A stretch of 64,000 nt of DNA from Eledone cirrhosa (taxonomy: Eukaryota). Both the position numbers and the translations under genes were made by a program. Position 1 is the first letter of the stretch. Each line of letters begins with the position of its first letter. Where the stretch lies: contig OZ024756.1 in NCBI GenBank assembly GCA_964016885.1, positions 35,960,001 to 36,024,000 of the forward strand, read 5' to 3'. The notes below the pieces were generated by a model, which was not told the DNA's origin, did not search any database, and saw only the letters and a list, made by a program, of their open reading frames with translations. Below, in pieces: positions 52,413-64,000 of the stretch.

Positions 52413-53787
52413 AACACACACACACACACATATATATATAATGTGTGCATGTGTGTGTAATTTCATAGCTTACATATACACATAGAAGACCAGAAATGTG
52501 CTTCTCTCTCGTTTCTACAGCCATTTGTCCTATAGCAACTTTAGAATTGTCAAGTGTAACTGTGTGTGTGTCTATAAATATAGTTAGCTGTATTTATTCC
52601 AGCTGCCCACTATCTAAAAACAAGCAGTGAAGTTTTAATCAATTATCATCATCACCACCACCACCACCACATTGCCATATCTTCCCCTCCCATACCTGCC
52701 CCTTCCATACTGCCCAGCCCTATTCTTTCATCCCAGCTCACTTACACTCACCCTCATCAGTATCACTTATATACTAACACTGCCAATTTCTTCTGCTTTC
52801 CATGTTTGTCTGGCTGGTGGCTGGCAGTGTTGATGTTAGATCAGTAGGGATTTCCATAAGTGTTACAGGCTGCTGTTTTCACACTGTCACTACACTATGT
52901 ATACACCATCATACGTACACTGGCATACTATACTACACACACACACACGCACATACGCATACGCACACGCATACTAGCATGCACTGAGTAGCTGTATGAA
53001 AGTGTTTGATGTTAGGTCATTATGGGTTCCCATAAGTCATACAGGCTGCTATCCTCCCACGTGCACCACCATTACACTATACTCAACTGGAGCCTGTCAG
53101 CTTTCCCCATTCTGATGGAAAATGGTCAGACAGGATTATTCTTTCTCCGTGCGAGGGAATTAAATTGCTAACTTGGGATGCCATGTACTGTGACACATTC
53201 TTCATCTCCAACATTGTTGTTTTGTTCAGAAACCCTGGCACTGGTCCCTGTAGTATGAAAGAGGGGAAAACAGACAAATACCGAGACTTGACCTTCTGCT
53301 TCCTTTTAATGATGGTCAATGTTGAGAGCTCGGGTGTCTTCGGCCCTCGAACTGCTGTTTTCCTCTGCAAAATAGGGAGGAGTACATTCCGGTTGAAGAA
53401 GGAGTGTTGTGAAGTAGAGGGGCTGATATAGTGGGTGTTGCTGGCTGTTTTATATAGCAATGTCTTTGCTATTTTGTCTGTGCGGTACAGCTAAGATATG
53501 TCGCCTAGATTGAGGTAAATGTCTGCCACCCCTATCCCCTTTTCCTTATTTCTGCTAGTATTTTTTTCTCTTTTTTTTTAAAATGTGCAAACATACTTCT
53601 ATAATAAATGTGTTTTGTCCTTTTAATGTTATACACACAGACACACATCTCTACCACACTATGCACCTACCATATATATATATATATATCACATTCACAC
53701 TATATATACACACACTCCAACACCACCACATCATACACATACCATATATATATATATATATATATATACATACACACACCACCTCCA

Positions 53788-53829
<42 letters not shown>

Positions 53830-55858
53830 CACCGTCACTAGAGAGTGTGTGGCTGACTAGGCACTTTGTAGCTATGACTAGACACTTTGTGACTATGTCT
53901 ATGACTAGAATGGGATTATGACTAGAGCGTGTGACTATATCTATAACTCAAGAATGTGTGACCAAGTCTATCTGCTATAACTATGACATAAGTACCACTG
54001 TCTAGCTACTGTGTGTCTATTTATAGTTGATACAGGAGTTATCTCACCCTTAACTAGAGTTTCTCTAACAGTCGTTGATATGAAAATGTGACATTTTCAC
54101 ATAATACACGCACGCAACACATACACATGCTAAGATATATATATACATACACTCACTAACACACGTTATCACATATACACACTCATATATACATATACAC
54201 TTGAATATAAATACACATACACAAACACACACACACACATATATATACCATCATCATCACCGTTTTACGTCCAAACACTGACATATATATACACACACAC
54301 ACATCATCATCATCACTGTTTTACGTCCATTCTTCTATATATACACATACATATATATATATCACTAACATATATATATATTTACACACACACACATGCA
54401 CGTATTATCATATATACATATACACACTAATATATATATATACACACACACATGCACATCTTCCTAACACCAACTATTTCATAGAATGTACTGGATGCAA
54501 TTTGTGGCATAAACACTGGAGAGGTTGTTCTCACACACACACACATGCATGAGTGGATGTGTGTACACCAATCTACATACATGTATATGTATTCTCCACC
54601 ACCACCACCACCCACCACACAATCACGACACCACCCCAAACCATTGCTATATCTAGATAGGGTGAAATCAGATCTGTATGCCAGAGATGGCGGTAAAAAC
54701 CATTCTTAATACTTTAACAATCAGCTTTTTTGTCTCTTATATGTTGTTGGTTCACCACTTTGGACATAACTACACCACCGCCACTACCATGGACACTATC
54801 ACCACCACCACTACCACTACCATGGACACTATCACCACAACCACCACCACCACCACCACTACCATGGACACTATCACCACCACCAGTGGACACCACTGCC
54901 TTCACCTTCACCATATCACCAACATCATTATCACCAACACCACTCCCATCTCCTTCACCACCTCCACCATGGACACCATCACCACCACTACCATTTCCTT
55001 CACTACAACCAATGGACAACAACACCCCTACCATGAACAACAACACCCCTACAACCACCACTAGCACCAACACCACCCCACCACAGAAAATCAACAAGTC
55101 TTCTTTGATAAGATCTTGTGAATGAAACAGTGCAAGATACAAACATAAACTGTGTTATTTGGTAATATTACATCAACAGACTTACTCTGTGTGTATGTGT
55201 GTGAGTGTGTGTTTGTATATATGTGTTTATGTTTGTGTGTGAGTGTGTGTGTGTTTATATATATGTATGTGTGTGCATGTTTGTATATTTGTGTGAGTTT
55301 ATATATGTGTTTATGTGTGTATGTGTGTTTATATAGTTATGTGTACATGTGCATTTATATTTGTGTGAGTATATATATGTGAGTGTGTGTTTATATGTGT
55401 GTGTTTATATGTGTGTGTGTGTGTGTTTATATATGTATCTGTGTGTGTGTCATTTTACTGCAGATGTTTTTATATCACCAACACTTCAATTAACCAGGGA
55501 CATTTGTTTACGTCCATTATAAACAATGTCCCCCAACATAGTGACTTGATGAAGACAAGTGATATATGCCATACTTGTGAATAGGATATGGATTGGCATC
55601 AAAGATCAGGAAGGGCATCTGGCATAGGAGAAAAACTGCTTCAAAAAGTCTCATCCAACCTATGCCAGCATGAAGCATGATGATGGTAGTGATGATAGGG
55701 AGGCATGATTAGTTGTGATGATAATGTTGTTGTTACATCTCATTAATGTCGGGTCTAGCTGGCCTCCTACAAGATGACATCTCATGGGAGGTTTATTGTA
55801 TGTTTAACAATAGGGCCCCCACCTTCACCTCTGTCTCTCTCTCTCTCTCTTTGTTTAG

Positions 55859-55920
55859 TCAGAGAAGGAAGAGCAGTGCCCAAGAAGACCCTTATATAAC
55901 ATATGTTTAAGGTCGCTAAT
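55859..55920 (+). CDS. Candidate internal exon (SEKEEQCPRRPLYNICLRSL, phase 0 to 2)
   Basis: Acceptor (CT)nTTGTTTAG|, donor AAT|GTATGT, purine-rich body; only the phase 0 frame is open. Confidence 0.45.
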
Positions 55921-56159
55921 GTATGTCTTTAACAGCAACAATAACAAATACAAGAGCACAACAGTAACAGCAGGTCACTGTCTTATATAAGGCAGTGATA
56001 TATCTATAAATGGGGGCATGTAGTCCAGTTGTTACAGTGATGGGATTGGGGTCATAAGGTGGTAGTTTTGCTTCTTGGACTGGATGGCACATTGTGTTCT
56101 TGAGCCAAATACTTTATTTCCTGCTGCTTCTTCTGCCAGGAGTTGTGACCAGCAGATGG

Positions 56160-56580
56160 TATCAGCAATGGAAACATTGTTTCTTTTCTCTGATCTGATG
56201 ACCAATAGACAGTATCAACAATGGAAAAACTAATGGAAACATTGTTTACTTGGTCTGATCTGATGACCAGCAGACAATATCAACAATGGAAAAACTAATG
56301 GAAACATTGTTTACTTGGTCTGATCTGATGACCAGCAGACAATATCAGCAATGGAAAAACTAATGGAAACATTGTTTACTTGGTCTGATCTGATGACCAG
56401 CAGACAATATCAGCAATGGAAAAACTAATGGAAACATTGTTTACTTGGTCTGATCTGATGACCAATAGACAGTATCTGTAATCGAAAAACCAGTGGAAAC
56501 ATTGTTTCCTTGGTCCGATCTGATGACCATCAAATAGTGTCAGCAATGGAAACACCAATCGAACCATTGTTTCCTTGGCC
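56160..56580. repeat. 65-bp tandem repeat, about 6 copies, behind a CORE-type SINE (56010-56125)
   Basis: Unit TTGGTCTGATCTGATGACCAGCAGACAATATCAGCAATGGAAAAACTAATGGAAACATTGTTTAC. Confidence 0.92.
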
Positions 56581-57227
56581 AACAGTTTTTATATAAGGCT
56601 GAGGTCAGCACTGTATGTCACTGCCTTATATAAAATATTAGGTTGAGGTCACCACTCTCTATTGTTGCCTCCCCTTATGTCCCTCTCCACTTCCACTATA
56701 AAACTAACAGATGGAAATTTAGAAATCTTTCAAGAAAGCATGTTATAAAAACACAGCACAGTTGTTTTTTTTCGGTGTGTGTATAGTGTGTGTATATGTA
56801 TAATGTAGTGTCTCTGTATGTATAGTGTAGTGTCTAGTGTAATGTTTGTGTGTTGTATGTATGTATAATGTAGTGTGTCTAGTGTAGTGTTTGTGTTTGT
56901 ATGTATGTATAATGTAGTGTGCCTAGTGTAATGTTTGTGTTTGTATGTATGTATAATGTAGTGTGACTAGTGTAATGTGTGTTTATGTGTTTGAATAATA
57001 AAGTAAATAGTATTAATATTTCTTCATTCTCAGCACCATTGTTGTTGTTGCTGTTATTGTTATTCTTACTGTTGTTGCTGATAATGTTGGTGTTGTTGTT
57101 ATTCACATTCTATTTAAAGCCATCATGACTGAAGACTGACTCAAAAATAATGTTTTCTTTGATGTTGGAACATTTTTATGTTGTTATGAGACATTATATC
57201 CAGAGACCAGGGTTTTTGTTGGTTAGA

Positions 57228-57790
57228 ACAGCTTAGTGGTTAGGGTGTTGGACTTGCAACAATAAGGACATGGGTTGATTCCTGGATTGGGCTGTGTTGT
57301 GTCCTTGAGAAGGACACTCAAGTACCAGCAGCAGTGGTTAGGGGTAAACACCTGCAATTGACTAATATCTAGCCTAAATGAGGGGATCATTTTTCCAATA
57401 GGACTGCGGCCTTTATCATTAAAACATCTGTAAAACCTAGGAGGCCAGCTAAACCTGTATAGGTGTGAGCTGTAACATGATAGAACTGGGGTCTCTATCA
57501 TTAAAACATCTGAGAAACCTATGAGATACAACCTTATAGGAGGCCAGCTAAACCTGTATAGGTGTGAGCTGTAACATGATAGAACTGGAGCCTCTATCTC
57601 TTTAAAACATCTGAGAAACCTCCTATGCGATATAGTCTTGTATGAGGCCAACTAAACCTGTATAGGTGTGACCTGTAGCATGATAGAACTGGGACCACTA
57701 ACATTAAAACACCTGAGGAAATACCCCTGTGATACAATCTTGTATGATGCCAGCTAAACCTGTATAGGTGTGAGCTGTAACAACAACATA
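57228..57790 (+). repeat. CORE-type SINE head followed by about 5 tandem tail units
   Basis: GGAGGCCAGCTAAACCTGTATAGGTGTGAGCTGTAAC recurs 57400-57790. Confidence 0.85.
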
Positions 57791-57859
57791 GAAGACTGTG
57801 GTGGTGATGGTGGTGGGGGTATTGTACATTTAATTGAGCTCATTATGTCACCACTACTT

Positions 57860-58375
57860 TTTGTCGACCCCAGTTCTTCACTTTATTTTATCAATCCATC
57901 ACAACTTGGTGCTTTTTATAAATCTATCACTACTTAACTGGTACTGTATTTTACCGATCCATTACGACTTGGTTGGTATTTTATTTTGTCAATCTATCAG
58001 TACTTGACTGGTACTTTATTTAGTCAATCTAATCAGTACTTGACTGGTTCTTTATTTAGTCAATCTAATCAGTACTTGACTGGTACTTTATTTAGTCAAT
58101 CTATCAGTACTTGACTGGTTCTTTATTTAGTCAATCTAATCAGTACTTGACTGGTACTTTATTTAGTCAATCTATCAGTACTTGACTGGTTCTTTATTTA
58201 GTCAATCTATCAGTACTTGACTGGTTCTTTATTTAGTCAATCTATCAGTACTTGACTGGTACTTTATTTAGTCAATCTAATCAGTACTTGGCTGGTACTT
58301 TATTTAGTCAATCTATCAGTACTTGACTGGTTCTTTATTTTGTCAATCTATCAGTACTTGACTGGTTCTTTATTT
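57860..58375. repeat. About 35-bp minisatellite derived from SINE A
   Basis: Unit TCAGTACTTGACTGGTACTTTATTTAGTCAATCTA resembles SINE A (minus) CCAGTGTATTACTGGTACTTTATTTTATCGACC. Confidence 0.9.
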
Positions 58376-58649
58376 CATTTTCTAAAAAAATTGTGATACC
58401 CACATCTATATTTTACAAACAACCCCCACCATCCTAATTTTAGATTAACCAGAAAATTGTTTTAGAGTGAGTATTCATTCATAAGCTATAAAAACACATC
58501 TCCTAAATGTTTATTAAATATTATTAAAAGGTTCTTTATCTCAGGTAGCCCTGTAGTTCCTTGTTACTCATTTGGGGAGATGTTATTGTTAAGTTTGATG
58601 ATTATACAGGTAGATATTCCTAATGCTGATAGCTTAGAATTGGGGGAAC

Positions 58650-58795
58650 ATGTACTGAAATACTGCTAGGGTATGCAGAAAACATCAGAATTTAGGGAAG
58701 ATTTTGTACTGAAATACTGCAGGGTCTGCAGAAAACATCAGAATTTAGGGGAAGAATTTGTACTGAAATACTGCCAGGATCTGCAGAAAACATTT
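58650..58795. repeat. About 53-bp tandem triplication
   Basis: TGTACTGAAATACTGC...TGCAGAAAACAT three times. Confidence 0.85.
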
Positions 58796-61280
58796 CAAAT
58801 TAATCATTCTTAGGATCTTTTGAAATCTTTTGTTCAACAGAATTATTTATCCTGGAATCTAGAAACCCAACCCAACCCAACCCAAACCGAACCAACCGTG
58901 CCCATCTACCCTCTACCACAAACAGTTGCCACTGTCACCAGCAACACCACTGTCACCACCAACACCACCACCATCATCACCAGCACTACCGCCATCACAG
59001 CTACCATTACCACTACCACCACCATCAACACCATCACCACCACCACAGCTACCATAACCATTACCCCTACCACCATCACAGCTACCATTACCACTACCAC
59101 CATAACCAACAACACCAACACCACTGTTACCGCTACCACCACCACCACCACCACCATCAGCACCACCACCACCATCAACACCCCACTGTTGTTAGTGTCT
59201 GTAATGTTAATGTCACCAACCAGCCCTAACACCACCACCACCACCACCATCAACACCACCACCACCAACACCACCACCACCACCACCACAGATATGTGCA
59301 CTATAAGCAGATTTTTGTCTATTTTTCTGTAAAACAACTTGAAAGAAGCTGTCCCCCCCCCTCCCACACGTACATACATATATCACTACATGCACACATA
59401 CAAGACCACAGAACACTATACACACACACACATACACATATATATATATGCAACATTATGTACATGCATATAACATTATACACACATAATACACACCACT
59501 ATACACACACGCACACACACACAGACAAGACACATCATAGTAGACACATAAACACATGCTCCATACACACAGAGTACACATGTAATAGTACACACTACAC
59601 TACACACACATATATGTATAACAGACACATTACATATGTCACACACACACACACACACACCACAATAGACACATAACACACACATTACATGTCTCACACA
59701 CGCACACATACAGTACAGTAGACACATAACATACACATTACATGTGTCACACACACACGCACACACACACATCAAAGTAGACACATAAACACATGCTCCA
59801 TACACACAGAGTACACATGTAATAGTACACACTACATTCATCACTACACACACACACACACATACATGCACGTTTACTAGCACATTACATGTGTCACACA
59901 CACACATACCACAGTAGACACACACACACACAATACATAATACACATATAACAGCCCCCCCCCCCCCCCCCCCCCCTTTCCTTCATATGGTTATCCACTT
60001 CCACTGCCAGAAACTCCACCTCAACTTCCATTCACTGATATCTATCAATGAGTTGGCAATAAATAAATAAACTGGGGGAGGGGGGGGCTTAGTGTAGTTG
60101 TGGTAGTGGTGGTGTGGTGGTTTTGTTGTGATGTGGTGGTGTGTTAGTATTGTGGTATAATGATGTGGTGGTGTGGTGGTGTAATGATGTGATGTGGTGA
60201 GGTGTTAATATTGTGGTGGTGGTATTGTGGTAAAATGATGTAGTGTGGTGGTGTGGTGTGGTGTAGTGTGGTGGTGTGGTATGGTGGTATGGTGGTGTGG
60301 TGATGTCTTGTAATGGTGTAGTAATGTGGTGGTGTGATGGTTGTGTGGTGATGTAGTGATGTGATGGTAGTGTGGTAAAGTGGTGTGGTGTAATGTAAAT
60401 TAATCTCAGTACACCATTGGTACTTTATGAAACCTGAAACTCCAGTCAACCCTGCAAGGAGTTGAACTCGGGGGGCCACCCACTGCCATCTACCACCACA
60501 ACCACCACCCACTGCCACCACCACCACTATCTCCTGCCATCTACCACCATCCACTGCCATCCACCACCATCTACTGCCATCCGCTATCATCCACTGCCAT
60601 TTACCACCTCCACCATCCACTGCAATCCACCATGAGCCACCACCACCCCTATCTCACACCATCCACCCCTATCTCACACCACCACCCATCACAACCACCA
60701 CCCACTCTTCTATCACACCACCATCCACAATCATCCTTTACCTTCCACCAACTAATAATAATAATAGTGATGAAAGCTGAATGTCAATGTGTCTACATAT
60801 GAACACCAGGCAACTATATTTTTAAGTTCAGGCATATTTATTTACATTTTCACTATATTTTAAAATATATCATAATTGTACATATTCTGGATTGTTTTAC
60901 ACCCAACAGATGTCTTTGAAGAGATATGGGAGGCCCCCCAAAACAAGGTTATTCTATTATGTCTGTATTATTTTACATTCATTTGTTCCAACAGATGCAG
61001 ACCCTGGAATATGGCTATTAACCGTTTTCATACCAAACTGTGTGAAACCATTCTTATGACATAAGACTGTATTTTAAAGTGTTAATATTTATCTAAAGGT
61101 CTTTCATCATAATTTTATGTAAGATCCTTTAAGTCATGTCCCAGATATGAAACTGCAAGAAACTGTCTCTATTTCTGTGGATACAAAATTATTTATTATA
61201 AAGTGTGTACATTTATCTAAAAGCCTATCAAAATTTTATGTGAGAACCTTTGTTAAGTTATGATCCATACAACAACTTAA

Positions 61281-61463
61281 TAATTGTTTCTACTTTTGGC
61301 ACAAGGCCAGCAATTTCTCAGTGTATTACTGGTACTTTATTTTATCGACCCCGTAAGGATGAAAGGCAAAGTTAACCTCAGCGGGATTTGAATTCAGAAT
61401 GGCAAGGGCCGTAACTCTATGTCAAAGCATGGTGTTCGACCCTCTACCGATACTGTCAATCCA
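61281..61463 (-). mobile_element. SINE family A
   Basis: Consensus match. Confidence 0.9.
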
Positions 61464-61755
61464 TCAAATTCTTGATTATTTTCAAAATGATTTCCAAACT
61501 ATAGACGATATCTTTCATTAGAAATATGGTAATCATCATCAACATCATTTAACGTCCATTTTTCTGTGCTGGCGTGTACATCTCTTACATTCAAAGTCTA
61601 CCTTTTATGTTAGTCTGTCTATAATCTAACTACATCTCTGTGAACCTATGTTTTATATTGTGTATATTGTGTAGAGTTTCCACTTATTCCTTTTCTACAT
61701 ATTGAACATGACCACTTCTCTGATGGGACCAGAGTCCTATTGTATTTCCTACTTA

Positions 61756-61982
61756 TTAACTCTTTAGCATTTAAACCGGCCGTATCCGGCCAGAACTCGG
61801 TCACCTCTTTCTGTTCAAACTGGCTGAAACTAGCCACTCATACTGATATTAACATATTGTTCTCAAAATAAATAATATGAAAATCTCATAGATTCGATAT
61901 AATGTGTAATAATTGTGAGGTAAAGCTTTTACTCCAAAAATACAATAGTATATATAGAGTAATGTAAATGCTAAAGGATTAA
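61756..61982. mobile_element. piggyBac-like MITE nested in the RTE remnant
   Basis: TTAACTCTTTAGCATTTA ... TAAATGCTAAAGGATTAA. Confidence 0.82.
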
Positions 61983-62454
61983 AACTTTGGTCTTTGATAA
62001 GCTTACTCTTATGATACCATCATGTATTACCTGATTGACTATATGGGTGACTATCTCAATTCTTATTTCTGAGTGATTATCACTGACAACAGTCCAGCTG
62101 TTTTTCCATTTCTTGTTTCCCTGTATACTTCTTTGACCCTATAACTGTCATCTTCGATAGCTGGACCCTCTGTTATGTCAACTAGGGATAATTCCTCTTC
62201 CATTTATTCTCTAGATTCATCAACCCCTTATAATGACATCTCCAAGCCTCTTTCTTCTGGGCGCCAGTAAGGCTAAGTGCACCAGAGTCACTCTGAATTG
62301 AATACACTTTTCCCCAACATCCTAATTCACACTGACTACTTTGCTATATGGAACCTATGTCATATGACATTGACAAACCTCTTATTTTCAGCTATTTTAA
62401 GTGCTATGTAAACCTATTAACTTCTCTTAAGTATTTTATATTGTTCCTTGCTGC

Positions 62455-62620
62455 CAGTGCCGGATTTAGGACAAATGAGGCCCTGTGCTAGTTACGTTAT
62501 GAGGCCCTGTACTTGAAAAATATTTGAAAAATTCATCGTAAACATTTTTTGGGGTAGGAAGATGGGTCCCCTGGCCAACGGGGCCCTGTACACCTCGTCA
62601 CAATGGTAAATCCAGCACTG
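62455..62620. mobile_element. hAT-like MITE, 166 bp
   Basis: TIRs CAGTGCCGGATTTA / TAAATCCAGCACTG; 8-bp TSD CTTGCTGC / CTTACTGC. Confidence 0.85.
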
Positions 62621-63851
62621 CTTACTGCCCCAATTTTTCCATGCCTATCTCTTAGCTTTAACGGCTTAGTCTACAGTACTGTTCTACCATCAAGTCGTCC
62701 ATTGTTTAACTGATACTTTGCTCTAGCAACACATCTTGTCAATGGCCTGTAGTAAGTTGTCTCGTAGAAACTTCCAGTTGTCTTCTATATTATATATTAT
62801 GTAGAGCTTTTCTAAACCTATATTTAACAGAGAAGTCTTTGAACTTCCATACCTTCCTTCTCCAGAATATCCTGTGTTTCTGATATCATCTAGTTCTTAT
62901 TCTGATGTCAATGATAACTACCTTATGTTGTGGGGAGGGAGAATTTTTCACTAAGGTGTGGGGAAGACCTTACCATTCATAACCATATGTCTATCCTGTT
63001 CTCTAATGGCTAGCATGTTCTTCTGATTGGAAGGTGATCAAGTGCCTGGCTGGTTTCTTCAAGTTAGTCTTGCAAATAGGTCATTTGCATCACTGAATTT
63101 TAGAAGCATTGATCCCTCTTCGTTTCTTTGAACCATAACCATAGCCATCATGTGTTTCAAAGTAACCATCCTGGTGTTGACCAACATGTCCACTGACATC
63201 ACCAGCCAGATTGATGGAAGTTTACTGTTGTCAAGGTTGTTTGTCTGTAAGAGTTCTTCATAGAATCATTTTTTTTGTTTTCTATTTATTCCTGATTGTG
63301 GTGCATAAATAGAGATAACTGTTGTCATTCTATTCCCTAAGACCATTCCGATTTTGATAATTCTGTCATTTACTCTAATTACTTGAATTACCTTATCTAT
63401 CCACTTTCCATCTAGTAGCATGTCTGCTTCTTCACCTAGCCATCAAAAGTTTATATATTTGCTGTTTGTCTCTGAGGAGTTTGTTTGAGGCTCCCTTTCA
63501 TCTCACTTCTTGGACACAGCACCCATCTACCCATCTTCTCGTCTACTCTCAAGCATCTCCACAATTTCTTCTGATCTATATTAATTTCTGCATTGCTCCT
63601 CCTCAGGAGTGGCAGCCCTGAGATGTGTCATCTGACAGTGGTGGTTGGTTCATCTATTTGTAGCATCTTTCTGTGTCTGCAATCACTTGATGATAATTGC
63701 AGGGTTCTCACACATAGCTAGGTTAACCACCCTACCGAAATACTGGGGCTGATTTAACTGACTGTTTACAGCCTCAAAATGTATGGCTTGGTAAAGGAGT
63801 TTTTAGTGTTGGACAAAATGCCTTGTGGTGTCTTGGTTCAGATTTTTACAT

Positions 63852-64000
63852 TCATCATCATCATCATCATCATCATTTTACACCAGCTTTTCCCTGCTTG
63901 CAAGGGTGGGACAGGTTCTATTCAGCACAGCATCTCTCCACTTGTCACGGTCCTTCGTCGTCTCCTCCATGAGCTTCAGTGATCTGAGGTCTGCTCTCAC
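63852..64000 (-). mobile_element. RTE-clade LINE 3' end (continues beyond the window)
   Basis: Homologous to 44005-44140, with (CAT)n tail on the plus strand. Confidence 0.85.

Larger units (their letters stand above)
61600..63600 (-). mobile_element. Highly degraded RTE-clade LINE (endonuclease to RT remnants) with nested MITEs
   Basis: Minus strand remnants: DGYGYG..RNEEG-like stretch near 63110-63150, GLVWFHIAK-like near 62330-62365, GVDESR..MEEELSLV near 62175-62230, KWSCSICRKGISGNS at about 61675-61720. Confidence 0.65.

Noticed and set aside
56190-56560. Tandem hammerhead array (CTGATGA ... GAAAC in every unit)
   Set aside because: Stems I and II cannot be formed in register with the core; treated as a coincidental match, though a covariance-model scan would settle it.

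Overview
Eukaryotic, repeat-dense genomic DNA. The repeat families (a tRNA-headed SINE with a Meta-domain-like core, a CORE-type SINE, RTE and CR1 LINE tails, Penelope-like pieces) and the very abundant (TA)n/(CA)n/(GGT)n tracts suggest an octopod cephalopod; this is recognition by eye, not a database result. The window looks like the 5' part of one large + strand gene. Two well-formed, phase-compatible exons (1787-1884, 11598-11691) give a 64-aa N-terminus ending GTIKFEGSGGQFSSK, weakly resembling a TRPM channel N-terminus. Several weaker candidate alternative first or internal exons follow. Almost all ORFs in the supplied track are microsatellite or minisatellite artefacts. The main hidden structures are: three type I hammerhead ribozyme motifs of the Penelope-associated kind plus half-remnants; long near-perfect hairpins clustered in (TA)n tracts; an array of ten ACUAAY motifs starting at the exon 2 splice donor; repeated SINE insertion at the ends of CR1 fragments; and several minisatellites born from SINE segments. 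No CRISPR array, rRNA or true tRNA gene was seen. Repeat boundaries are approximate.
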